From the NCBI GenBank assembly GCA_000004985.1, contig GG738871.1: a stretch of DNA of 64,000 nt, one strand, 5' to 3'. The DNA is from Naegleria gruberi (Eukaryota). Every line of letters begins with the position of its first letter. Position 1 is the stretch's first letter. The notes below the pieces were generated by a model that worked only from the letters and a program-made list of their open reading frames with translations, made no database searches and had not been told where the DNA came from. The position numbers and the translations under genes were made by a program. Positions 40,812 through 50,619 of the stretch are shown piece by piece.

Positions 40812-43418
40812 TTACTTGTTTACAACAAATTCATCATCACCAAAAGTCACAATTATCTTGGCCTGTTGGTTAGTGAATGAGTCAGTTAGAAAATATGTAG
40901 ATTCTGGAAATATTTTAGTAACATCTTCCAGAGATTTGCAATTAGAAAGTTGTTGTTTAGCTGTTTTCATTTCCATTTTGGTTACAACTTTGTTAAAAAG
41001 TAGTGTTACTATACTATCATCACAATTCTTTAAATTGACAATTTTTGGAAGGGAAAGGTTGAACATTGCATGATAAATAGGTTTTCCATAATAAACTTTT
41101 AGAGAAGTCCAATTCAATACCATAAAAGGTAATTTGAAGAAATTTTCACCCAATGTTGACAATATCTCTTGATTTGTTAATTGCAAATATTTTTCCAATT
41201 TAGATATCATCTTCCAACCAAAATATATTACAATAGCTGATGGATGTTGAAATGGTAAACCATTTTTGTCAATTAGAGTATTCCATTCTATTATGTCTTT
41301 ATCAACTTCGTCTTGATATAAAAGTTTAGTTTTTGAGATGGTACCATCAGGATACTGAATAGTTGTCACACACATTCTATCAGCCCCTTTCTTATTCTTT
41401 GTTTTTTGGTAGATGTAATGAATTCCATCTTCACTAGTATCACCATTTAATGCAATTACTTTTGTTTCAACATTAAACTCCTCTAATAAAATAACAGATT
41501 CTTTCCATAACAATGATTCTAGCAATGCATTTGTTGGTACCATATTTGAGAAATATTCTTTAAACAAAATATTATTATTCCCCAATATTCTATGAGCATG
41601 GCATTTGGCTACTTCAAAACTTGCATTAAACTGTTCAAACTCAAGCCCATGGAGATTTTGAACACCCTTATTCCGAATACAACTACTTAACTTGTCAATA
41701 AAATCGCTAAAAACAGTATCTCTTGTTGGAATGGAAATATCGAGTGGTAAATTTGGTTGTACGACTATAAAATCAGTATCTACAGTATCCAAAGTAATAC
41801 ATCCATTTACTTCTAAAGATTCAATTGAAAACTTTTGCAACATAATATTTCTTCTAACTCTTCTGTTAATTAAGTGATAAGAAAAAATGGAATCAACTAT
41901 TTCTGAATATTCATAGAATCAAGGATTACCTCTTTCAATGTTATTAAATATGGATTGCCAGTTAGATCCAGAGAAAGCCATTGCGTTTAACATGTATTCT
42001 ATTAATCTTGGAACACCACAACATCTATTTAAACACTTTGATAATTCTGGATGTGTCAATAAATTTGAATAACTCAATCCCAAGTTTGTAGCTTGTTTTG
42101 TACATCTTATTAAGTAGTTACGTAGAAATTGTAAAATATCTACCATAGACATACGTAGTCTAATAGGTTGGATATGGAGAATTGGATGAGTTGATTGTTT
42201 AATAGCTCTATTAATAGGTGTAAATGATAATCCAGAAAATATTGGAACAAAGAGTATATCTGTTAGACATTTAGTACAAACCTCTCCAAAAGTATTAATT
42301 GTCACATCTAAACCAGATCTAATTGTGTCGTCCACAACTTCTTCCAAATACTTATACTCATTCTCATTCAATTTTTGAAATTCATCAATAACCACAACAA
42401 TTGTAATCTTTGAAGAGGCAAAATATTCATCTTTAAGCCAAGAACAAAAATTAGCAACACTATCCAAGACCCAGTCGTTTTCATTAAATTCAGATTGCAA
42501 GTAATAAGTGGAAAATAAATAACACAATCTAATAGCAAAAAATCTATTTGCATAATTTGGAGTCTTAATGTAATCACTTTTGTATCTACCATAACCCATT
42601 CCATTTCTTCCCATTGGCAAGTACAATTCAATTCTGATATCTAAATATTCTTGTAAACTCTTATCTTCACAAACTTGTTTTGCACAATTAATTACTTCCA
42701 TTGCATTTCTAGTTTTTCCTGTACCTGGTGAAGTTGCAAATACAATGATTGGTACTTGGGTTTTATCAAGAGTGGATTGTAATGTATTATTTGAAAATCT
42801 TGTAAGTAAAGTCTTTGATATAGTTTTTCCTAATTCTTCTACTCCAATAAATTCCATAAAAGTACTGGCATTATTGAGAGCAGATATCTGTTGTATTCTG
42901 CCTTTGTTGATATCAATAATTGATTTTTTCTCTTTTAAATTACCAGAAATTAATAAACCACCAATCCATAATATAACAACCATAATACTATTTTGATCAA
43001 CATTTGGGAACTTTTGGGATATGGTGGTAATTGCTTCGGATAGGTTGATAGGTTGGTTTCTAATAATACTACCAATACTTTCACCACAGAAATCACCTTC
43101 ACAAAATAAACCTGAAACCTCCTTGCTCAAACCAACACCACCCTTATTTCTCTCAGTACATAACAAATAAAAAACTTCATCCTTTGTCCAATCCAAGTAC
43201 GGTGTATCCAATAGTTTTTTAATATAATCATCCGAATGTTTTATGATACCACTTTCAACCTTTGCCTTTTTGTTATAATCTTCCGATGCATTAATTTTTC
43301 TTTTTTTATCTTTTTCATCCAACAACTCCTGTGTAATAATATTAATATCCGACCGTTCTTTGTTGATTAGGTTTTCAATATCTTCAGACAAAGTTTCGAT
43401 CATGTGTTTTTCCTCCAT
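40812..43418 (-). CDS. Uncharacterised P-loop NTPase (Walker A/B) with large C-terminal domain of unknown function; possibly two exons joined by about 72-nt intron
   Basis: ORF 41919..43418 has Walker A (IIVFATSPGTGKTRNAMEV) and Walker B (ITIVVVIDEFQKL). ORF 40812..41843 follows on the same strand. A GTAATC...AAGAG|TT intron (phase 1) would join them in frame. Otherwise they are two adjacent genes. Confidence 0.45.
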
Positions 43419-43771
43419 CCTATTTTTTAAATTTTTGTTTTTTTAATTTTTAAAAATTGGTTAAAGTTTTCAACCTGTTCTTGTTTCTGACCTCATTGTT
43501 TGAATTTTAGAAGATCAGGCGAAAACACTTCTGGTGAGAGATTCTTCTTCTGAACGATCCTATACATTACTAATCGTTTCATTGTTCTTGAATTGAATAT
43601 ATTTCTCGGAATCAGTGAACTGGCATTAATAGAGGAGGTTGTGTTTCAATTTCTCATTACTTGTCTGACTTGTTTCTTTGAAACCACTCTGTGTAACACA
43701 CCATCAAGCAGATTAAATTAAAATTTTGAAAATTTAAATTTTATAAAACCTAAAACGAGTTGTGTGAAATC

Positions 43772-44659
43772 TTATTCTTCCTTATTGGTATTCGACAACT
43801 TTTCTTTTGACTTTTCCTTAAGTTTCATCATGTTGGATTTTCTTTCTCCGGTAATCTTGTGTAATTTCTTTCTTCTCCACAAAATCTTGAATTCATTTCC
43901 GAACCATTCAGAACATCCTCCTCTATAGTTCAAAGTGTTTTGGAATCCCATTTCTTGCAAAATCATACAAGCAGCTTCACTTTCAGCAGGAGAATCACTG
44001 TAACAAATAATATTGGAATAAGCTTCTGGTAATGGTGCACCATATCTCTTGTTAAAAGCTTCAGCCTTCAATCCGACAGCACCTTCTTTAATATCAGTGA
44101 AAGGAATGTTGACTGCTCCTGGTATCATATAGTCCAAAGCACGGAAAGCAGAACGAACGTCTACTACCATATAATTGTAAACATCCTTAGGTTTTTTCAA
44201 CAATTCTTCCAATTCAGCCTTGGTAATAACTGGTGAAATTCTATCGGCAAGTTGTGGAACCATATCAAAAACACATGGTATATCGGCAATCTTCTTTCCT
44301 TGAACTGAGTTTTTAAAGTATTGTGGTTCTCTTTCATCTTCCCACAAAAGATCGTATTCTCTTCTATATGTACGTTTGTTGGCTTCTTCTTGTGCGGCAC
44401 GTTGAGATTCATCAAGGTCTACATCAATAGCAACATCTTCAGTGAGTTGGTTATATTGTTTTAATTTGTTCAAAATACGTTCGGTAACTTGATCTTCAGT
44501 AAAAGTCTTTCCACTCAAAACTGGTACATCGACAGGTTCGGATGATGTTGTAGCAGTTTTATCCAAAATTCTAATATTTGTATAATAATTATTGAAAGAA
44601 CAAATTGATGATGGCAAGAAATTCTTCTTTGCTGTTAATGTTACTAAACGTCTCATCAT
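43772..44659 (-). CDS. Rhodanese-like domain protein with mitochondrial-type presequence
   Basis: 295-aa ORF. The N-terminus MMRRLVTLTAKKNF is basic and amphipathic. The C-terminal rhodanese-like fold (YMVVDVRSAFRALDYMIPGAVNIP...IICYSDSPAESEAACMILQEMGFQNTLNYRGG) lacks an obvious CRxGxR active-site loop, so it may be non-catalytic. Confidence 0.5.
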   Translation of the reverse strand: MMRRLVTLTAKKNFLPSSICSFNNYYTNIRILDKTATTSSEPVDVPVLSGKTFTEDQVTERILNKLKQYNQLTEDVAIDVDLDESQRAAQEEANKRTYRREYDLLWEDEREPQYFKNSVQGKKIADIPCVFDMVPQLADRISPVITKAELEELLKKPKDVYNYMVVDVRSAFRALDYMIPGAVNIPFTDIKEGAVGLKAEAFNKRYGAPLPEAYSNIICYSDSPAESEAACMILQEMGFQNTLNYRGGCSEWFGNEFKILWRRKKLHKITGERKSNMMKLKEKSKEKLSNTNKEE

Positions 44660-44783
44660 GATGAAAATTTTTTAATATTTTTTTCTGATGCAAAAAAAAT
44701 TTTATTTTTAATTGAATTATTAATTTTCTCTTTTCAAAACCATCACTGCTACGAGAAGTGTAAAGATAATTCTTATAAAACTC

Positions 44784-44979
44784 GATTATGAGAATGAATA
44801 GAATGCATTGATCCAACTCATTACATTGAAAAAAAAGAGGTGAAAAACTTTATTAATTACCATCAATTATAAAATTTACGATTATGAGAATGAATAGAAT
44901 GCATTGATCCAACTCATTACATTGAAAAAAAAGAGGTGAAAAAGCTTATCAATTACCATCAATTATAAAATTTACGATT
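44784..44979. repeat. Tandem direct repeat, 96-bp unit x about 2.04 copies (about 97% identical)
   Basis: The unit GATTATGAGAATGAATAGAATGCATTGATCCAACTCATTACATTGAAAAAAAAGAGGTGAAAAACTTTATTAATTACCATCAATTATAAAATTTAC occurs at 44784..44879 and again at 44880..44975 with 3 mismatches, followed by a partial third start (GATT). It lies in the divergent intergenic region between the rhodanese-like gene and the 45009 gene. Confidence 0.85.
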
Positions 44980-45008
44980 CCGCGCCTAAAAAACACAACA
45001 AAAAAGAA

Positions 45009-45593
45009 ATGAGAAACATCCTCAATCATCATACTTTTGAAGAGAATACAGTGCCACGACCACACGATCAGACAAAGAAAGCCCTAGATCCCTTTCTGAG
45101 GGAGGCAATGGAAGCACTCTCTATAAATTTACAAACTTTTATGAAGTATACTGATTTTCATGAGAGTAAGGAGGGAAGATCGTTAATATTTGGTGTCTCG
45201 GCTCCAACAATTAGTTTTAGTTGCTCGACGAATAATAGTGTTTCCATGTCTACTTCCATGATGAGGCAATCAATTATTGGAACTAGTTTGTTGCAATTTG
45301 ATCCTGATTGTGTTGAGGAAGAAGAAATTATTCTCACTGAATCGGAATACAAACAATTGGAGGAAATTTACTTTAATCCCCTCAAGTACTTGGCAGAAAC
45401 TCTGAAGATTTTGAATGAAAACAAGCCAACACAAATTGAAGAGGATAAGTATGGTCTTGAGGAACTTCATTATGATGATGAATTGGATCAAGATTCTAGT
45501 ATTATAACAATTCAGAAGGAAACACCAGAACAAGCTCCTCCACCAGCCAAACCATTAATAATTAGAGGAAGAGCTAAAAGAAAATTTTACTAG
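45009..45593 (+). CDS. Hypothetical protein (194 aa), acidic C-terminal half
   Basis: Clean ORF with no recognised domain. Confidence 0.35.
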   Translation: MRNILNHHTFEENTVPRPHDQTKKALDPFLREAMEALSINLQTFMKYTDFHESKEGRSLIFGVSAPTISFSCSTNNSVSMSTSMMRQSIIGTSLLQFDPDCVEEEEIILTESEYKQLEEIYFNPLKYLAETLKILNENKPTQIEEDKYGLEELHYDDELDQDSSIITIQKETPEQAPPPAKPLIIRGRAKRKFY

Positions 45594-45912
45594 TAATTGA
45601 AATTGTCATGAATTTAAATTGCCTGTTTTATTTTGAAATGCAACAGTAATGTCAGTTCATTGTTATTGGTTCTAATATTTGAGGAGTAAAATTAACTCTC
45701 CAAAGACAAGTAATATATGAGCAGTGAGGAATGAATAATAGAGTTCTAACGAAAAGTTATTTGAAAGAATGATCCATTTATCATCATTTGAATTTTATTA
45801 TTCCACATTCCAACGAACTAATAAAACCATTGAATCAACTCCTTACCTTAATGTTTAAATCAACCGGTCATCACGTCAATTAATATTCGAATTATTTAAT
45901 GTTCAATTAAAA

Positions 45913-46386
45913 ATGAGAGTACTCTTAAAGTTCAGAACCACTGCCAGATTATTCAACTCTTCCAAATCAACAACAAACACCTCGCCAGTTACCTCTGCTG
46001 TAGCTTCCGAAACCAAGTTTGAACCAATTTGTGCACAAAAAGGACCGTACGTTGTTACTTTGGAGGAAGGAAAGAAATATGGTTGGTGTACATGTGGACT
46101 CTCTGAGAAACAACCATTTTGTGATGGAAAGTAAGTTTGTGATAAATATTATCGGAACATCGGAATTGATTCTTGAAAATTTTGATAACATAGACATAAA
46201 GGAACTGGAATGAAGGTATGTTTAAATTATTTAACAATTTCAATTAATTGAGGTGTCATCTTTAATTAGTCCCTTAAATTTGAAGCTACACCAGAGTTGT
46301 GTGATAAGGAAGTTTATCTTTGTGGATGTAAACAATCCAAAAATCCACCATTCTGCGATGGTAGTCATTCCAATTTGTCCGAATAA
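45913..46386 (+). CDS. CISD3/MiNT-like protein with two CDGSH iron-sulfur domains and mitochondrial presequence; 3 exons including a 22-nt microexon
   Basis: Exon 1 is 45913..46130 and ends ...CTCGLSEKQPFCDGK(phase 2). The microexon is 46194..46215 (ACATAAAGGAACTGGAATGAAG). Exon 3 is 46270..46386 and encodes LCDKEVYLCGCKQSKNPPFCDGSHSNLSE*. Both introns are GTAAGT/GTATGT...AG. The spliced product FCDGKHKGTGMKSLKFEATPELCDKEVYLCGCK parallels human CISD3 (FCDGSHFFQRTGLSPLKFKAQETRMVALCTCK). Confidence 0.7.
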
Positions 46387-46490
46387 ATTGTTTCAATTTG
46401 TAATTCAATTCTATTTGAAAATCCATTGTAAACTCGAAATATCATTGCAAATAATCTTATGGAAATATTTCAAATAAAAGAGTCTTCAAT

Positions 46491-47243
46491 CTAATCTTGA
46501 TACCAAAATACGACTGAAAATCTTTCTGCATGATCTGGATGATTTTTCTTCTGTATTTCATTTCTAATTCCATGCACATATTTATATCTGATATCATCAG
46601 CCAGAATAACTAAAGATCCATTTGGTAGTAAAACTCTAAACTCATCTGGACATTCCTGCACTTGTTCAATTGTAAAATTGGAAGGAGGATCAATCATGAA
46701 ACTCATTGTAGCATCATTTCCGAAAGATAACATTCCAATTGTTGGACCCAATCCTCTACTATCAATATGAAGAGGACATCCACTTTTTTCAATATCTTGA
46801 TAATGATTAATTTGAATAGTATTCGGAACAATGTTTGGATAGTCTGAATTCTCCAAACTGGACAGGGACATTACTGATGGACAAGGTCTCTTTCTCTTGT
46901 AGAAGAATGGTTTCAATGTTTGAATGTAGGCGAAGAGAGTTGGAAAGTACAAATCGGCACACTTTTCAACTTGACTCTCCGAGTGTACATTAAAGATGGA
47001 TCGTTTTAATTGTGGATTGGCAAGGAAGGGTTCATGTTTTTGCAAGTTTTTCAATTCATTCCAAATGGTTTGAGAGTCTTTTGGAGAGATGAAAGTAGGA
47101 TGATAGAGTGCTGTTGGTGGTGTTTGTTCTAAATCGGATTTTAATATTTGAACAGCAGGATTATTGGCAAGAAGAGGAGCAATAAAGTTGGTTGACGAAG
47201 CTGCTGATGTTTGCTTATTAATGAGTCCTTTGAGAAAATTCAT
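46491..47243 (-). CDS. AlkB-like 2-oxoglutarate/Fe(II)-dependent dioxygenase
   Basis: 250-aa ORF. The HxD...H iron-binding motif (CPLHIDSRGLGPTIGMLSFGNDATMSF ... LLPNGSLVILADDIRYKYVHGI) is typical of the AlkB/ALKBH double-stranded beta-helix fold. Confidence 0.55.
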   Translation of the reverse strand: MNFLKGLINKQTSAASSTNFIAPLLANNPAVQILKSDLEQTPPTALYHPTFISPKDSQTIWNELKNLQKHEPFLANPQLKRSIFNVHSESQVEKCADLYFPTLFAYIQTLKPFFYKRKRPCPSVMSLSSLENSDYPNIVPNTIQINHYQDIEKSGCPLHIDSRGLGPTIGMLSFGNDATMSFMIDPPSNFTIEQVQECPDEFRVLLPNGSLVILADDIRYKYVHGIRNEIQKKNHPDHAERFSVVFWYQD

Positions 47244-47289
47244 TTTTTTGAATTGTTAATCTTGGGCAATTGGATGAAAAGAACATAAG

Positions 47290-47770
47290 TAGGCAATTTG
47301 AAAATATCCCTTCCAAAATCGCTGGAGACTTTTTGTCCACTTTTCACCATCAGAATTTTTTCCACCGGCTAGCTGGCAAAGTGGGAGGACAGCTTCCATT
47401 TCAACTTCTAATTCGATCATCACAACAATAAAAAATATTCGTGATGGTGGTAGTAAGCAAGAAAACAATTTAGAGCAATAACTTATTATTACTTCATGAA
47501 AACAAAAACTAACAATAAATTGCTTTATCACAACATCATTGGATAATATTGAGTTTTTTTCTTCTGTTTATTGTTCAAGTTTGCTATTGAAAAAGGTTTG
47601 TAGCTGGTGGACAAGCGTAAGACTGGGGCATCGAAATAGAAAGTAAATTAGAAGCCGTCCTCTCACTTTGCAAGCTCGGGGCTGGAAAAAAATCAAGCGA
47701 AAATTTTATCGTTTTTCGTCACAAAAATGAAGCTTGAAAATGGAAGGGATATTTGAAAACCATCTTGGTT
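47290..47770. repeat. Large imperfect inverted repeat (about 110-bp arms, about 80% identity, about 240-bp spacer)
   Basis: The reverse complement of 47300..47400 (GAAGCTGTCCTCCCACTTTGCCAGCTAGCCGGTGGAAAAA...GATTTTGGAAGGGATATTTTCAAATTG) matches 47640..47760 (GAAGCCGTCCTCTCACTTTGCAAGCTCGGGGCTGGAAAAA...GAAAATGGAAGGGATATTTGAAAACC). Confidence 0.5.
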
Positions 47771-47886
47771 GTGTTGACATGAAGTTTATGTTAAATATCA
47801 ACAGTATTCAAAGTCCGCATTGGATTAAAAAGAAGTTAAAATGTAAATTTTGAATTTTTGAATTTATATGGTGTGTTTTAATTTAT

Positions 47887-48501
47887 TTAATAGCCTAATT
47901 CAGCCAACTTCTTGACAACAGTTTGGAATTCAGTGTTACCACTCAATTGTTCAGTAGCTTCACTCTTGAGATTTTGCAAAGTCTTGACTTCAGCAACGTA
48001 AGCTTGATTTTGTTGCTTTCTTTGTTCTTCGTATTTAACAACAACATCGTGATACTTCCAACCCATTCTCTTCAACAAGTCACCGACTCTAGTAACAGGT
48101 GAGCTTGGCTTCAAGATGGTAACAGCGAGAGCAGATGGACAGACGAATCTCTTAACTTGGTTGTATTGAGCTGGGACACCGTCGAAGAGTTCCAATCTAG
48201 CCAAAGCTTGTCTACCCTTTTCAGTCTTTCTGGAGACCATAGCTCTGATGATCTTGTAGAGATGTTGAGATGGAGCTCTGTGATGGAATGGACCCTTTCT
48301 TGGATTGGTGTTCATTCTCTTTCTCAAGTATGATTCGTAAGCTTCCTTGTTTCTCTTCATCTTACCTTGGATAAGGAGTTCTTCACATCTGACGACGACG
48401 ACCTTCTTTCCGCTCAAAGCTTCCTTGGCAACGTGGGCAGCGAGACGACCCAAGATGTGACCCTTACCATCGAGAACAACAGTACGATTGAATGTAGACA
48501 T
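47887..48501 (-). CDS. RPL13A: 60S ribosomal protein L13a (uL13)
   Basis: Intronless 204-aa ORF. The segment VVLDGKGHILGRLAAHVAKEALSGKKVVVVRCEELLIQG...PFHHRAPSQHLYKIIRAMVSRKT fits RPL13A along its length. A 5'-UTR intron is possible (GTACGT about 112 nt upstream of the ATG, acceptor ATTAAAG|ATG). Confidence 0.9.
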   Translation of the reverse strand: MSTFNRTVVLDGKGHILGRLAAHVAKEALSGKKVVVVRCEELLIQGKMKRNKEAYESYLRKRMNTNPRKGPFHHRAPSQHLYKIIRAMVSRKTEKGRQALARLELFDGVPAQYNQVKRFVCPSALAVTILKPSSPVTRVGDLLKRMGWKYHDVVVKYEEQRKQQNQAYVAEVKTLQNLKSEATEQLSGNTEFQTVVKKLAELGY

Positions 48502-48621
48502 CTTTAATGAATAATGATAATAACAATAATTGTTGTGAAGAGATTCAAATAGTACATCATCACAATAGGGGAAGTAAGTATGAGGTGAGTTTGACAGAAT
48601 AAAATGCTACGTACTTTTTGC

Positions 48622-48639
48622 GATTTTTTTTTCGAACAA
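48622..48639 (-). promoter_or_regulatory. Putative ribosomal-protein-gene promoter/TSS element, identical to the 18-mer upstream of RPL27
   Basis: This is the same 18-mer as at 29404..29421 (plus-strand GATTTTTTTTTCGAACAA). It lies about 120 nt upstream of the RPL13A ATG, or about 10 nt if the proposed 5'-UTR intron is removed. Confidence 0.4.
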
Positions 48640-49447
48640 GTTTTATAAAATATAGTGGGGTTGGAGTTTTACAATGAAAACATTTGTGAGCCAAAATTTG
48701 CTTGCCAAAAAAACTCTCTTCGGCAAACAAGAAAGAAGAGGCTCCTATGCAATAATAACAATTAGCTAATGTTGGACCAGAGGATATTGTAGGAATTATC
48801 AAACATGGGAAGTATGATCAACAACAAAGTATCATTTCATCAATCTTGCATAGTGATGAGAGAAAATTAATATTCATGTGTTTTGATCATCAAACAAGAG
48901 CCATACATGGCACGGAAATCTATTGAATATAATTTTTGGATAAATTAACAGGAACACAAATACAAAACAATTAGGTATTGCCATCATCATGGAGTTCTTC
49001 CTGGTCATTTGTGAATTATTCATAGAGCTGCAACATCCGTGTCTTCTGAAAATTTTCTATTTTCAAAATCATTCTTGAATTTGAAAGTTCTTGTGAATGA
49101 TGAAAAACTCTTCATTCCTTAGAAATAGGCACATTTCACCTTAAACAATGATATTGACCAATAAGAGTGGTAATGTTGATTGTTAGGATACTTTGCTTCT
49201 CACATATTCATAATAATAGACAAACCATTGGTTGTTTTCATTGACATGTGGTAATCTTCAATCCTATGACGAAGCAACCTCCTCAACACTCGACACTGGA
49301 TAAGAAGCTCTCTATAGCTTAATGAAAAGAGAAGGTATTGGTGTTGATAGAATAGCATAAGAATGTCATGACGCATTGGGTAGAGAAACTCAATTACCTA
49401 GATTACTTTATCAAGCACAAATTTTGCGACATTTGATTTCAGTGTGC

Positions 49448-49520
49448 AGCCCCGCTAGCTCAGTCGGTAGAGCGTTGGACTTTTAATCCAACGGTCGTGG
49501 GTTCGAGCCCCACGTGGGGC
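49448..49520 (+). tRNA. tRNA-Lys (anticodon UUU)
   Basis: GCCCCGCTAGCTCAGTCGGTAGAGCGTTGGACTTTTAATCCAACGGTCGTGGGTTCGAGCCCCACGTGGGGCG forms a canonical cloverleaf with anticodon loop CTTTTAA. There is no intron. Confidence 0.9.
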
Positions 49521-49634
49521 GGTTGCTTTTAGCTTTTTCAAAACTCCGATTGTAAAGATTTTTTAAAAGAGGAGACATCTTTGCTGGATGAGTTTCGATA
49601 TTGCATCAGGATCCACAAAAAGAATAAGAAAAAA

Positions 49635-50504
49635 ATGATTGAATTGATTCTATCTGCTTGCATTGGTGCTGTGTTATGTTTGGCTTTTGTTTATTTTAAA
49701 CAGTATAACAGGACTGACAATGTAAAAGAGTTCAACAACATTCAAAAGTACTCTTTATACACTCCTAAGCACTACAAAGTTGAACTAGATCAAGATTCCA
49801 TTCAATTAATGAAAGATAACTCCTTTGGCATTCTCCTCACCTGGAAAGGATCTGAATTACACACTTCTCATGTTCCCTTCTTGGTAGACGAAACGAATCC
49901 AAACTCTCTCAAGTTGCATTTCCATTTAGCCAAGCAAAATCCTCATTGCATGGCTTTGGAAGAATTTGCTAAAAAATCCTCAACTTCTAATGGATGGAAT
50001 TGCAAGGTTATCTTTGTGGGACCACATTTCTATATTTCACCAAAATGGTTTTTGGGAGGATTGGAAGGTCAAAAGAAGAAAGTCCCAACTTGGAATTTCA
50101 CAGCAGTTCATGCCCATTGTGATTCATGCCAAGTTTATGATTCACCAGATGAAAAGCATAAGATTGTTAGTGATTTGACAGTTTTCAATGAGGATTGGTT
50201 GATGGAGCATTTCAGAAATCCAGTGAAGGAATTGGACGATTACAAGTATGATTTCTCAAAGACTGATGAGAAATATGCTGAACAAAAATTGAAGGCAATT
50301 GTTGGATTCACACTGATTGTTAAGGAATTGAAGGGAAAGTTCAAACTCTCTCAAAACTTATCAAAGGAAGAGAGAATTTCAATTATTGATGGATTGAATA
50401 GACAAGGATATGATCTTGCAATTGATACTGGAGTACATATGAAAAGAACAATCACAGTTGCATCTAAATTTAATAATCTTGACAGAATAAATTATATTAG
50501 ATAA
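49635..50504 (+). CDS. PaiB-family FMN-binding protein (bacterial 'protease synthase and sporulation negative regulator PAI 2'-like) with N-terminal hydrophobic anchor
   Basis: Intronless. Matches to B. subtilis PaiB: YTPKHY, GPHFYISPKWF (GPHSYISPAWY), KKVPTWNFTAVHAHC (AVPTWNYMAVHV), IVGFTLIVKELKGKFKLSQNLSKEE (IVGIEINVTRFEGKCKLSQNRS). The first ATG gives a predicted TM segment (MIELILSACIGAVLCLAFVYF). Confidence 0.7.
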   Translation: MIELILSACIGAVLCLAFVYFKQYNRTDNVKEFNNIQKYSLYTPKHYKVELDQDSIQLMKDNSFGILLTWKGSELHTSHVPFLVDETNPNSLKLHFHLAKQNPHCMALEEFAKKSSTSNGWNCKVIFVGPHFYISPKWFLGGLEGQKKKVPTWNFTAVHAHCDSCQVYDSPDEKHKIVSDLTVFNEDWLMEHFRNPVKELDDYKYDFSKTDEKYAEQKLKAIVGFTLIVKELKGKFKLSQNLSKEERISIIDGLNRQGYDLAIDTGVHMKRTITVASKFNNLDRINYIR

Positions 50505-50619
50505 TGAATTGCAAGATAAGGAAAGATGGAAATATGGTTATGAAAGAGTCCTTGATTGCTCTTTAGAGTTATTATTATTCAAAAACATATGTGCCACCAC
50601 TTTAGTTTAACAAAAGAAA

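Noticed and set aside
47256-47531. ORF 47256..47531 (-) upstream of the AlkB-like gene
   Set aside because: It overlaps one arm of the inverted repeat, has no domain similarity, and its first codon in the ORF track is a non-ATG start. It is more likely non-coding.
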